A stretch of DNA of 64,000 nucleotides from Candidatus Nomurabacteria bacterium (GCA_026395915.1 JAPLXU010000015.1:85-64084); one strand, 5' to 3'; shown: positions 1 through 8,801, numbered from the stretch's first letter. The notes: generated from the sequence alone by a model not told the origin. A program made the numbers and translations.

Positions 1-38
1 TTTGGGCGGGGGGAATCAATCCACAACTTGACTTTATG

Positions 39-66
39 TTTACACTACACCAAAATTTGCTATAAT
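39..66 (+). promoter_or_regulatory. sigma70-like promoter candidate (-35 TTTACA 39-44, 16-nt spacer, -10 TATAAT 61-66)
   Basis: hexamers read directly; upstream of the (GA)8 leader motif and the 245..4110 operon. Confidence 0.3.
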
Positions 67-125
67 ACAATCAAGGTTGGAAGCATTATTATCAAAAAAA
101 TTATGAACAAAATTTTGGCTCGAAT

Positions 126-145
126 CGAGAGAGAGAGAGAGTAAA
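126..145 (+). promoter_or_regulatory. conserved 20-nt motif CGAGAGAGAGAGAGAGTAAA, copy 1 (identical copy at 34546..34565)
   Basis: exact 20/20 match between the two loci, each followed by a short hairpin and a T-rich tract; both upstream of genes for large secreted proteins with C-terminal PG-binding domains. Confidence 0.5.
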
Positions 146-193
146 CGAGACTCGCCGATTTTTCGTATTTTTAACTTTTCCACTTAAATTATG

Positions 194-219
194 ACACCGT
201 TTTTGACGGTGTTTTTTTG
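194..219 (+). terminator. hairpin ACACCGT-TTTTG-ACGGTGT followed by a T7 run; intrinsic-terminator or attenuator-like
   Basis: perfect 7-bp stem plus U-run read from sequence; lies between the promoter/(GA)8 motif and the first ORF. Confidence 0.4.
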
Positions 220-244
220 TATTTATTATTAACTTATCAAAATT

Positions 245-577
245 ATGTGGGAACAATTTTATTTTTCAATTTTAATCGCTGGATTTGGCGGAGGAATGGT
301 CAGGGCTTTGGTTGGATTTTTTAAACAATTTTCTTACAAAACTCCAAAATTTGAAACTTTGTATTTTTTCGTTATGGTTTTTATTTCAGGCATTATCGGT
401 CTTTTAACCGCAGTTGCCACAAAAGAGCTCGGATTAAACTTTTTTGGGCTAGGTGAATTTACTCCAGCACTGGCTTTTATTGTTGGTTATGCTGGCGGTG
501 ATTTTTTAGAAAGTGTTTACAAAATTGTGCTGAAAAAAACTTCAATTTTTGAGGTTCCAACAGTGGTGAATAAATAA
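245..577 (+). CDS. small integral membrane protein, unknown function
   Basis: 110-aa ORF with three hydrophobic segments; first gene after the leader. Confidence 0.4.
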   Translation: MWEQFYFSILIAGFGGGMVRALVGFFKQFSYKTPKFETLYFFVMVFISGIIGLLTAVATKELGLNFFGLGEFTPALAFIVGYAGGDFLESVYKIVLKKTSIFEVPTVVNK

Positions 578-582
578 AACTT

Positions 583-3500
583 ATGTGGAAATTTAGCAAA
601 GTTAAAAATAAATATCAAAAAGCGGTATCTGTTAGCATTTCTGTTCTTTTAATACTTCAATTCATCTTACCGACACAAGTTCTGGCCGCAACAAAAAGTT
701 GGGATTTTTCAACATCTTCGGATTACACTTTTAATAATACAAAAATAGAATTTTCTTCGGGGCAAGCCCAACTTAAAGCGACGAGTGCTCCGGTTGCTTG
801 GTATAACACAGCTTGGGGAAGAAGAAAAGCAGTTACAATTGATAATACAGGAAATTCAAACATATTAACAAATTATCAAGTTCAAATTTCAGTTACCTAT
901 GATTCCGACATGCAGGCTGATTTTGACGACATTAGATTTACTGATAGCGACGGCACGACATTGATTGATTACTGGTTAGAGATTAAAACTGATTCATCAT
1001 CAGCTACTTTTTGGGTAGAAGTTCCTATCATTTCTGCTTCTTCAAATAAAATTATTTATATGTATTATGGCAACTCAAGCGTCAGCAGTACTTCAAGCGG
1101 AGATAATACCTTTCCATTTTTTGATGACTTCACTGGTGATGGTGAAGAAAGCTTCTACGACATGGTTCGGATAGATCAAAAAAATATTCTCACAAACGGA
1201 AGATTTTTTTCTAATTTACTATTTGACAAAGACGGACATATTGTAATTGATGAAAGTAATAAAACTTGGTTGTATTACCACTATCCTCAAAGTGGTCCGT
1301 GGACAACTTATGCAGTACAGATAGATGTTGATACTTTAACTGTTGATGAAACTAGCTATCAAGTAAAAACAAATGACGCAGATGGTGGAACTTGGGCCAA
1401 TTCTCATTTAGTTGTCAAGATTAGCGATTCGCTTTATGTTATGTTTTATACCGCCCAGCCTAGTGGTAATACAGTAATCAGAGTAGCAACATCCACTACT
1501 CCCAACGGAAATTTTAATCAAGTTAGTGGATTTCAAATTACGGCTCAAGGAGGTTGGGAAAGCACTAGTTTGGAAACTGATGAAATGTGGCGTAAGATTT
1601 CTGAAGATGATACCAATATATTCGGTTGGATTGGAATAGAACATATGGGAGGCACATATAGAATTGGCTGGGCCAAAGTTCAAATAAATAAAAACACCGG
1701 GGATGTAACCCTGATTGAAAGATATGAAAACAACCCCCTTGATAGCCTTATGTTTGCAGGAGATGAATTGGCTTATGGAGGAGGAAATATTGACAGTGAT
1801 TTCATGGTCGATGGCAAATATGTAATGTTTTATCTTAGTCGAGATTCAGCTGATGGCATTGATTATATTACCCGAGCTATTAGTAGCAATCCAATGTTTG
1901 ACACCATTGACGAGAAAGAAAAAATAGAAAACGGAGAAACTTTAGGTGAAACCGTAGTAGAAAAATTTCAGTACTATGTTAGGAATGGTACATTATTTTT
2001 ATTTTATCAGAATAATGCCCCGACAGGAGGAGTAAGTGTCCGCAAATATGGTCCCGACCAAGGTGGACCCAGCACAATTAAATGGGATATTGGTTCTGGT
2101 GTTACTGCCACCACTTCTAATGGTATAGTACACATACAAGGAACTACTTCAGGTAGTACTCAAAATTATATTAAATCAAAAACATATACAGCAGGCTACA
2201 ATAAGGCAGTTAGATACAGAATGAAATCATCCTCTACAAGCAGAAAATCTGAAACGGGGTTTTTAGATTCTTCTCAAAGCAACGATGGTGTAGATTCCAT
2301 GGTGTGGAGCGACAGCAAAGAATATTTGCATTGCGAAGTAGGCGGGAGTGCAACAGAAGCCAACTATACTTATGATACTGACTGGCACACAAAAGAACTA
2401 CAAAGGCTCCAATCTTCCGCAAAGTTAATCGTCGATAATATTGAAAAGGCTTCGGTATCTTCAAACTGTTCAACGGCAGATTTCCATATTTTTTTAGCGG
2501 GGATGAAAGGCACAAGTGGATACAATTATGATGTTATGTTTGATTGGATTTTTACCCGCGAATACACTTCCCCAGAACCATCAATATCCATTGGCTCAGA
2601 AGTTACACTTTATGATACTGGCAGTCCTGCGGTGAATCCAAAATCTTCTGTTGCTCAAACTTTTACATCGCTCTCGGCTTTTTCTGAAACTGCAACGAAA
2701 AATGGTGGTCAAATAAAATATCAAATTTCTAACGATTCGGGAACAACTTGGTATTGGTATAATTCTGGTTGGACTACAGCTACTTCAGGATATGCAGAAA
2801 CGAATACAGCGATAGATATTAACTTAAATATTCCCACCTTCCCGGTTGGAAGTGGCCTGTTCTTATTCAAAGCATTTTTACATTCCGATGGTTCGCAATT
2901 AGTACAATTAGATAGTATTGATATTGCCGGCGTTCCGCTCGCGCCGACTATTGGCACTCCCACAGTTCTATCGTCTAGTTCTATTCGTTGGAATTTTACC
3001 GACAACTCCGACGACGAAACCGGTTTTCGCATTTACGACAATACGGATACATTAGCGACTTCATCAGCCACAACAGGTCTTTCTTATCTTGACGAAACGG
3101 GTTTATCGGAAAATACCCAATATTCCGGCAGATATGCTACGACTTACAATGGCTATGGAAATTCTGCCTCGTCTTCAGCCGCTTCTGCAAAATATACTTT
3201 AGCAGATACTCCAACCAATCTCTCGGCTTCTTCAAATTCAAATAGCGTTACTCTGTCAGTAGATAGTATTCCAAACGCTACAAGTGGTTCATCGGGATAT
3301 TATTTCTCCCGCTCCGGTGGCGGAAATTCCGGTTGGATACAAACTAATTCATGGACAGATACTGGATTGTCTTGCGGCCATTCATACGACTACTCCGTAA
3401 TATACCGAAACGGTGACGGAACAGAAACTAGTTCAATTTCTACTACAAAATCAACAAGCGGGTGCGGTGGCGGAGGAATGCCAGCAGGCTGGAGTAATTT

Positions 3501-4110
3501 GCCAATAATACCGGCAGGTGGGTTTAAAGTTTCTGTAAATTCTGGTGTAAGCACAACCACGAACAGAATTATAAATCTAAATTTCAACGCCAGTTCCGAT
3601 GTTAAGAAAATGGCGATATCTCTGACTGGTGATTTTAACGATGCCAGCCAAGAAAATTACAGCGCAACCAAGCAAATTGATCTATGTTCAAAATTTGGCG
3701 TGATAAAAAATCCAACTTGTCCTGACGGACAATATACGGTTTATATAAAATTCTATACGCAATTCGGTGTGTCTTCCAATGTTGTTACTACAAAAATTAA
3801 TCTATCAACAAATCCAGCAAAAAATCCTTTGCCTGCTTTGCCCAATTTAACATCTGCAATTTTTACAAAACCACTCTCATTTGGAATGTCGTCAAACGAT
3901 GTTCGCAGATTGCAAACATTGCTTGCGACAAAACCTGGAATTTATCCCGAGGGAATAATTACCGGATATTTTGGACAACTCACGAAAAAAGCTGTGCAAA
4001 AATTTCAACTAAATTACAAAGTCGTTAGTTCAAAAAACGATCCGGGTTTTGGTTTTGTCGGACCAAAGACAAGAGCAAAATTGCAAGAAATTTTTGGAAA
4101 TAACTTTTAA
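583..4110 (+). CDS. very large secreted cell-surface protein: N-terminal signal peptide, DUF2341/LamG-like region, fibronectin-III-like repeats, C-terminal peptidoglycan-binding (PG_binding_1-like) domain
   Basis: 1175-aa ORF. Signal peptide MWKFSKVKNKYQKAVSVSISVLLILQFILPTQVLA. Motif WGRRKAVTIDNTGN is typical of DUF2341. C-terminus RRLQTLLATKPGIYPEGIITGYFGQLTKKAVQKFQ resembles PG-binding domains. Confidence 0.75.
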   Translation: MWKFSKVKNKYQKAVSVSISVLLILQFILPTQVLAATKSWDFSTSSDYTFNNTKIEFSSGQAQLKATSAPVAWYNTAWGRRKAVTIDNTGNSNILTNYQVQISVTYDSDMQADFDDIRFTDSDGTTLIDYWLEIKTDSSSATFWVEVPIISASSNKIIYMYYGNSSVSSTSSGDNTFPFFDDFTGDGEESFYDMVRIDQKNILTNGRFFSNLLFDKDGHIVIDESNKTWLYYHYPQSGPWTTYAVQIDVDTLTVDETSYQVKTNDADGGTWANSHLVVKISDSLYVMFYTAQPSGNTVIRVATSTTPNGNFNQVSGFQITAQGGWESTSLETDEMWRKISEDDTNIFGWIGIEHMGGTYRIGWAKVQINKNTGDVTLIERYENNPLDSLMFAGDELAYGGGNIDSDFMVDGKYVMFYLSRDSADGIDYITRAISSNPMFDTIDEKEKIENGETLGETVVEKFQYYVRNGTLFLFYQNNAPTGGVSVRKYGPDQGGPSTIKWDIGSGVTATTSNGIVHIQGTTSGSTQNYIKSKTYTAGYNKAVRYRMKSSSTSRKSETGFLDSSQSNDGVDSMVWSDSKEYLHCEVGGSATEANYTYDTDWHTKELQRLQSSAKLIVDNIEKASVSSNCSTADFHIFLAGMKGTSGYNYDVMFDWIFTREYTSPEPSISIGSEVTLYDTGSPAVNPKSSVAQTFTSLSAFSETATKNGGQIKYQISNDSGTTWYWYNSGWTTATSGYAETNTAIDINLNIPTFPVGSGLFLFKAFLHSDGSQLVQLDSIDIAGVPLAPTIGTPTVLSSSSIRWNFTDNSDDETGFRIYDNTDTLATSSATTGLSYLDETGLSENTQYSGRYATTYNGYGNSASSSAASAKYTLADTPTNLSASSNSNSVTLSVDSIPNATSGSSGYYFSRSGGGNSGWIQTNSWTDTGLSCGHSYDYSVIYRNGDGTETSSISTTKSTSGCGGGGMPAGWSNLPIIPAGGFKVSVNSGVSTTTNRIINLNFNASSDVKKMAISLTGDFNDASQENYSATKQIDLCSKFGVIKNPTCPDGQYTVYIKFYTQFGVSSNVVTTKINLSTNPAKNPLPALPNLTSAIFTKPLSFGMSSNDVRRLQTLLATKPGIYPEGIITGYFGQLTKKAVQKFQLNYKVVSSKNDPGFGFVGPKTRAKLQEIFGNNF

Positions 4111-4532
4111 TTTTTCTTGATTTTCCCCCCGCCCAAATAACAGCGGAGCAAGCGGAGGATTCCTCCCCAGACCCCTCCTCCTCCGCTTGCGACTTCCGAA
4201 TTCAAAAAAGAATCAGCCGAAGTTTTAGCAAATCCTTTCCCCAGAAAATAGTTTTGCCAAAACTTCGTCCGCATTGAAGCCCCGCCACCTGCCCGAAGCA
4301 TTGAGGGCAGAGTCCTGCAGAAAAATGTTCTCGTCCTTTTAGAAGAAAAAAATTCGGCGCACGCAAAATCAAAAAAAGTGGAGAACATTTTTCTGCGGGA
4401 TACGCGAGCGAAGCGAGCGGTGGCGGGGCGTTCTCCGAGCGTATGATTTAGGTCAGAGCCACCACGCGCTCCGCGCGCGGTACATCAGTCGGGATTCTGC
4501 TGGAAATATGTCCGAACTTTTTGGTATAATGA
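4111..4532. other. GC-rich (~55% GC) non-coding stretch with nested GC hairpins (e.g. GCAAGCGGAGGA 4148-4159 pairs TCCTCCGCTTGC 4179-4190) between the surface-protein gene and the recombinase element
   Basis: base composition contrasts sharply with AT-rich neighbours; only short, implausible ORFs. Confidence 0.4.
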
Positions 4533-4639
4533 CCACAATTCCGAATTTGAAGAAAGATTGACCTCGCCCGCGCCAAAGGCGCGGGCTCGGACTCTCGTTT
4601 CCGCCAAGCCCCGCCAAGGCATTTTGAATTCCGCCAAAA
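4533..4639. repeat. left copy of 107-bp perfect inverted repeat (IR-L)
   Basis: the reverse complement of 6177..6283 is identical over 107/107 nt (checked base by base). Homology continues degenerately ~45 nt inward. The minus-strand reading NRRLAAGMFLAEFKMPWRGLAETRV... mirrors the recombinase C-terminus. Confidence 0.9.
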
Positions 4640-4684
4640 ACATTCCCGCCGCAAGGCGGCGGTTCACCAAATGAAATTTGGTAT

Positions 4685-6325
4685 GTGCCACAGGCACATG
4701 AGCCGATGTATAATGAGATTACAAATTGTCGATGTAATGCAAAACCTTTTATCAATTTAATTCCCGAAGCTATGATCAAATATTTTATTTATTGTCGCAA
4801 ATCAAGCGAGGACGAAGAACGCCAAGTTTTGAGTATTGAAGCACAATTGACGGAGCTTCGGGAATTCGCCAAGCAACAAAATCTGTTCGTAGTGAAAGAA
4901 TTTTATGAAAGTAAAACAGCGAAAGAGCCGGGGCGAGAGATTTTCAACGAAATGCTTGGCGAAATTGAAAAAGGTGTTGCCTCGGGTATTTTAGCGTGGA
5001 ATCCAGACCGTTTGGCGAGAAACTCGATTGACGGTGGCAAGGTTATTTATTTTGTAGACACCTTAAAAATTGTTGCGCTAAAATTTCCGACATTTTGGTT
5101 CGAAGCGACACCTCAAGGAAAATTTATGTTGAGTGTCGCTTTCGGACAAGCAAAATATTACACCGACAATTTAAGAGAAAACATTTTGCGTGGTATTCGG
5201 CAGAAAATCCGCCGTGGTGAATTATCGGCAAAAGCCCCTCTCGGATATTTTAACGAACCTCGTTTGCGAACGATTGAGCCAGACAAGAAAACTTTTAGCA
5301 AAGTAAAGGAATGTTTGGGGGCTTTTGCTACTGGACAATATACGCTCACAGCAATTCAACGCAAAATGTTTTCTCTCGGCTTGGTTGGCTCCCGAAGCGG
5401 TAAGCCGCTCGTCCTCGCCTCGGTAGAGCATATTTTGAAAAATCCTTTTTACTACGGACATTTCCAATACCGAGGCGAGGTGCATCAAGGTTCGCATAAG
5501 CCAATGATTTCAAAGAAACTTTTTGACAAAATCCAAGAGGCACTTGTCGTGAATGGGAAGCCCCGCAAAAAGCGTGGAGAAAAAGGTTTGCTATACAAAG
5601 GGTTCGCGGTATGCGGCGAGTGCGGCTATGCGATAACTGCCGAGCGTAAAATCAAGAAAAGTGGGTTGGTGTATCACTACTACCACTGTACTTTCAAAAG
5701 CCGCACTCAAAAATGTTCGCAAACTAGCTTTTTGCGGGAAGAAGAATTGACGCGACAAGTGAAAGACATGGTTCAAAAAGTTTCTTTGCCTGATGAGTGG
5801 CGGGACGCATATCTCAAAAAACTTGAGAGCGAAAACGCCGATGTCCGCCACTCATCAGACCTTTTCGTTCAAAATCTCAAAACCGATATTTCCGCCGTTT
5901 CAGCGCGTCTCTCTCGCCTCACAGACGCGTATCTAAACGAGGCACTGGAGCTCGGCGATTACTTGGAGCGCAAGAACGCGCTGATGGCGGAAAAGAAGTT
6001 GCTGGAGGAAAAATTGGGTGATTTTGAGCGAAAAGGAAATCATTGGCTCGAACTCATGCGAAACTGGATTTTAGAAGCCAACCAAGTCGGAAATCTCATT
6101 AAACAAGAAAATCTTTTGGGGATGAAAGATTTTCTTGCAGACATCGGCTCGAACCGCCGCATAGCGGCTGGAATTCTTTTGGCGGAATTCAAAATGCCTT
6201 GGCGGGGCTTGGCGGAAACGAGAGTCCGAGCCCGCGCCTTTGGCGCGGGCGAGGTCAATCTTTCTTCAAATTCGGAATTGTGGACCCAAGCGGGCTCGAA
6301 CCGCTTACCTCCTCATTGCAAATGA
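4685..6325 (+). CDS. large serine recombinase (resolvase-type catalytic domain + recombinase domain + zinc ribbon)
   Basis: YFIYCRKSSEDEERQVLSIEAQ is a catalytic-serine motif. CGECGYAITAERK...YHYYHCTFKSRTQKC is a Zn ribbon. The more likely start is ATG 4772 (MIKYFIYCRKSS). The last 14 codons are read from antisense tRNA-Ala sequence. Confidence 0.85.
   Translation: MPQAHEPMYNEITNCRCNAKPFINLIPEAMIKYFIYCRKSSEDEERQVLSIEAQLTELREFAKQQNLFVVKEFYESKTAKEPGREIFNEMLGEIEKGVASGILAWNPDRLARNSIDGGKVIYFVDTLKIVALKFPTFWFEATPQGKFMLSVAFGQAKYYTDNLRENILRGIRQKIRRGELSAKAPLGYFNEPRLRTIEPDKKTFSKVKECLGAFATGQYTLTAIQRKMFSLGLVGSRSGKPLVLASVEHILKNPFYYGHFQYRGEVHQGSHKPMISKKLFDKIQEALVVNGKPRKKRGEKGLLYKGFAVCGECGYAITAERKIKKSGLVYHYYHCTFKSRTQKCSQTSFLREEELTRQVKDMVQKVSLPDEWRDAYLKKLESENADVRHSSDLFVQNLKTDISAVSARLSRLTDAYLNEALELGDYLERKNALMAEKKLLEEKLGDFERKGNHWLELMRNWILEANQVGNLIKQENLLGMKDFLADIGSNRRIAAGILLAEFKMPWRGLAETRVRARAFGAGEVNLSSNSELWTQAGSNRLPPHCK
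6177..6283. repeat. right copy of 107-bp perfect inverted repeat (IR-R); lies inside the recombinase 3' coding region and ends 3 nt into tRNA-Ala
   Basis: see IR-L. Confidence 0.9.
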
Positions 6326-6353
6326 GGCGCTCTACCAGATGAGCTATGGGCCC
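6281..6353 (-). tRNA. tRNA-Ala(UGC)
   Basis: reverse complement gives GGGCCCATAGCTCATCTGGTAGAGCGCCTCATTTGCAATGAGGAGGTAAGCGGTTCGAGCCCGCTTGGGTCCA. It folds as a cloverleaf with a G3:U70 pair and anticodon loop TTTGCAA. CCA is not encoded. Confidence 0.85.
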
Positions 6354-6373
6354 TCTATTATAAAAACAGGGGG

Positions 6374-6445
6374 CTCCGGGGGTAGGGATCGAACCTACGA
6401 CCAATCGCTTAACAGGCGACCGCTCTACCGCTGAGCTACCCCGGA
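6374..6445 (-). tRNA. tRNA-Asn(GUU)
   Basis: reverse complement gives TCCGGGGTAGCTCAGCGGTAGAGCGGTCGCCTGTTAAGCGATTGGTCGTAGGTTCGATCCCTACCCCCGGAG; cloverleaf with anticodon loop CTGTTAA. Confidence 0.85.
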
Positions 6446-6600
6446 ATATTGTATATATACACCCAGAAGTAGCTCAGCGGACACCGCTGGTCACAAGTAT
6501 TTTTTTGCTAAAAAATCTCGCGACCCCGACTCGGCACCATTGTGCCTCCGTCTTTGAAATGCTATGAATGCATTTCAACTACCCCGGAATGTATTTGAAT
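6446..6600. other. structured non-coding stretch with four perfect hairpins and tRNA debris: inverted copy of tRNA D-arm GTAGCTCAGCGG at 6467-6478, and direct repeat CTACCCCGGAAT at 6436-6447 and 6579-6590
   Basis: hairpins CAGCGG-aca-CCGCTG, TTTTTTT-gct-AAAAAAA, GGCAC-cat-TGTGCC and TTGAAATGC-tatgaat-GCATTTCAA read directly; no cloverleaf can be formed. Confidence 0.4.
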
Positions 6601-6628
6601 TTAAAGAACTTTAGTTATCTTAACAGAA

Positions 6629-6868
6629 TTGGCAAAAAAAACAAATTTGAATCTTGTTTTTAATTTTATTTTTACGCCGTTACAATTTGGTTTGAAGAGT
6701 AATCTTTTGTCCGCGATTGATATTTTGTTTGTTCTGGGAACTATCATTTGGGCGATGATTGCCATATATCCTCATGCAAGGTGGATTACTTATATTCAGA
6801 TCCCATATCTGCTTTGGGTTTCTTTTGCCACTGTTTTACAACTCACGATTACATATTTGAATAGATAA
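6629..6868 (+). pseudogene. TspO/MBR (tryptophan-rich sensory protein) C-terminal half only; 5'-truncated
   Basis: 79-aa reading ...[21 protein letters not shown] matches the conserved C-terminal helices of TspO (~150 aa full length). An in-frame TAA at 6602-6604 blocks any N-terminal extension. Confidence 0.55.
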
Positions 6869-6921
6869 GCGGCGCGCCAAAATCTTTTAGCAATTTTTAT
6901 AAGAAATGTTATACTACCTAC

Positions 6922-7695
6922 ATGTTATACATAATAATAGGGGTTGTTATAGTGTTGCTTTTATTATCATTAAGAGTGGTCAAAGAATATGATCGTGGTG
7001 TTATCTTTTTCCTAGGCAAATGCACAGGAGTGCGTGGTCCGGGGCTTATTGTTTTGATTCCAATTTTAGAAAGAATGACGAAAGTCACCTTGCGCACGAT
7101 TACGATGAATATTCCCTCGCAAAAAATTATTACCAAAGACAACGTGTCGATCGATATCGCAGCAGTCGCGTATTACAACATAGTTGATTCTCAAAAATCC
7201 GTCGTGGCAATCGAGAATGTGTACGATGCAGTCAAGCAGATCAGCCAGACGACAGTGCGAAATGTGGTGGGACGTTTCTCTCTTGATCAGTTACTTTCAC
7301 AAACAAGCGAAATTAATATTCAAATCAAAGACGTCATCGATTCTCATACGGAGCCTTGGGGCGCGCAAGTGACAGCGGTGGAAATCAAAGACATCACTTT
7401 GCCGGACAATATGCAGAGAGCCATGGCGAAAGAAGCCGAAGCCGAGCGCGAGCGTCGCGCCAAGATCGTCGCCGCCGAAGGCGAATTCCAAGCTGCCGAG
7501 AAACTCGGACAAGCCGCCGACCTTATCGCCGCTCATCCTGTCGCTTTACAACTCCGCACGCTCCAGACCATGTCCGAGATTGCTACCGAAAAGAATTCAA
7601 CGATTATCTTCCCAGCCCAATTCATGACTACAGTTCAAGAAGCCTTTGCTACGTTGAGAGGGGACTCAAAAGGGAAACCGAATATTAAAGTTTAG
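6922..7695 (+). CDS. SPFH/band-7 (stomatin/prohibitin-like) membrane protein
   Basis: [30 protein letters not shown]...[33 protein letters not shown] aligns along its length with stomatin-like QmcA. Confidence 0.85.
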   Translation: MLYIIIGVVIVLLLLSLRVVKEYDRGVIFFLGKCTGVRGPGLIVLIPILERMTKVTLRTITMNIPSQKIITKDNVSIDIAAVAYYNIVDSQKSVVAIENVYDAVKQISQTTVRNVVGRFSLDQLLSQTSEINIQIKDVIDSHTEPWGAQVTAVEIKDITLPDNMQRAMAKEAEAERERRAKIVAAEGEFQAAEKLGQAADLIAAHPVALQLRTLQTMSEIATEKNSTIIFPAQFMTTVQEAFATLRGDSKGKPNIKV

Positions 7696-7702
7696 TATAA
7701 AC

Positions 7703-7867
7703 ATGAATTCAAAATCTCTCATTTGGATTTTTATGGCCATCGGTTCGGCTATCGGCGGTTTCATTCCCACTTTGTGGGGAGCTGGATTTTTGTCTATGTC
7801 CTCCGTGCTATTAACGGCAGTTGGTGGCATACTCGGAATTTGGCTGGGTTATAAATTGAGCAATTAG
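7703..7867 (+). CDS. 54-aa two-helix membrane peptide directly downstream of the SPFH gene (possible NfeD-like partner remnant)
   Basis: ORF MNSKSLIWIFMAIGSAIGGFIPTLWGAGFLSMSSVLLTAVGGILGIWLGYKLSN translated by hand; below the ORF-track size cutoff. Confidence 0.35.
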   Translation: MNSKSLIWIFMAIGSAIGGFIPTLWGAGFLSMSSVLLTAVGGILGIWLGYKLSN

Positions 7868-7934
7868 AACCTTTTCACTTTATAACATTGCGTAGACAAT
7901 CCGCTTGGGTGTATAATAACCTTATTAAGTAAAG

Positions 7935-8801
7935 ATGGTGTGGTGGTCGTTTAATAAAAAATATTTTTATAAGCTTATGAAATTACTTTTTAAGAATCCT
8001 GTTGTTATTTTTGCTTCGTTGTATTTGATTGCGATCTTGTGTTGGGATGTGGCGCTATTTCTTAATCCAGATAAATCAACGCTGTTGAACTATTGGTTCA
8101 ATGCAGGTTATGGATTGATCTATCTTGCAGGAGGAATACTCGGCCTCATATACTCGAGACAACTCGGATTCAAAAGTGTTTTCGGCAAGGCTTTTGCGTT
8201 TATTGGAACAGGTCTTGTGTCTTATGCTGTAGCTCAGTTCGTTTGGCTGTTTTACAATGTGTCTTCTAGTGTGGAAATTCCTTATCCGTCTATCGCCGAT
8301 GTTTTCTTTTTGCTATTCTTCCCTCTGATATTCATAGGCTTCATGTTGTTTATAAATACCTTTAAGCAATCTATCACGAAAAAAGTGGCAATCGAGTCTG
8401 TGATTCTCGTGCCGATTGTGTTCATTGTTTCTTTGGCAATTATTTTCAGACCTGATCTGTCTTCTGATTTGTCATTTATGCAAAAGGCCCTAAATATCCT
8501 ATATCCCGTCAGCGATACTTTATTTCTGTGTTTGATTTTGATAGTTCTGCGTGTTTCTGGTGGATACTTGAGAAGTACTATTTTGCTTTTTGTCACAGCC
8601 GGCATAATGCAACTCATTGCAGATTTCCTTTTTACCTATCGTTCTGCTAATGACATATATTGGAACGGCGATGTTTCGGACCTAGCTTTCACGATTGCTT
8701 CTTTCTTGTTCTTGCTCAGCTTTGTGTACTTTATGCAAAAAATGGTGGGAGCGAAACCACAAACGGCAACGGCAACAACGGCGACTGCTTCTGCTGTTTA
8801 G
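7935..8801 (+). CDS. polytopic membrane protein, unknown function
   Basis: 288 aa with ~8 hydrophobic segments and a TATATTATASAV tail. Confidence 0.55.
   Translation: MVWWSFNKKYFYKLMKLLFKNPVVIFASLYLIAILCWDVALFLNPDKSTLLNYWFNAGYGLIYLAGGILGLIYSRQLGFKSVFGKAFAFIGTGLVSYAVAQFVWLFYNVSSSVEIPYPSIADVFFLLFFPLIFIGFMLFINTFKQSITKKVAIESVILVPIVFIVSLAIIFRPDLSSDLSFMQKALNILYPVSDTLFLCLILIVLRVSGGYLRSTILLFVTAGIMQLIADFLFTYRSANDIYWNGDVSDLAFTIASFLFLLSFVYFMQKMVGAKPQTATATTATASAV

Larger units (their letters stand above)
4111..6283. mobile_element. putative integrated/IS-like element carrying a large serine recombinase framed by 107-bp inverted repeats, inserted next to the 3' end of tRNA-Ala; left boundary uncertain
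   Basis: recombinase + long IR + tRNA adjacency + atypical GC + broken TspO gene just beyond the tRNA cluster. Confidence 0.45.

Noticed and set aside
102-143. (GA)8 run encoding a conserved R-E-R-E peptide
   Set aside because: The GA run is read in different frames at the two copies. Copy 1 gives MNKILARIERERE-stop and copy 2 gives ...TRERESKIASRF. Conservation is at nucleotide level only.
4453-4779. Minus-strand ORFs (4107-4388, 4448-4654, 4453-4779, 4485-4697) in the GC-rich region
   Set aside because: They exist only because high GC suppresses stop codons. One of them merely mirrors the recombinase C-terminus through the inverted repeat. No start or coding signals are present.
6461-6490. 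Plus-strand tRNA beginning CCCAGAAGTAGCTCAGCGG
   Set aside because: It has a D-arm-like GTAGCTCAGCGG but the following sequence cannot pair to close the D-stem or form anticodon and T arms. It is treated as a tRNA fragment or debris.
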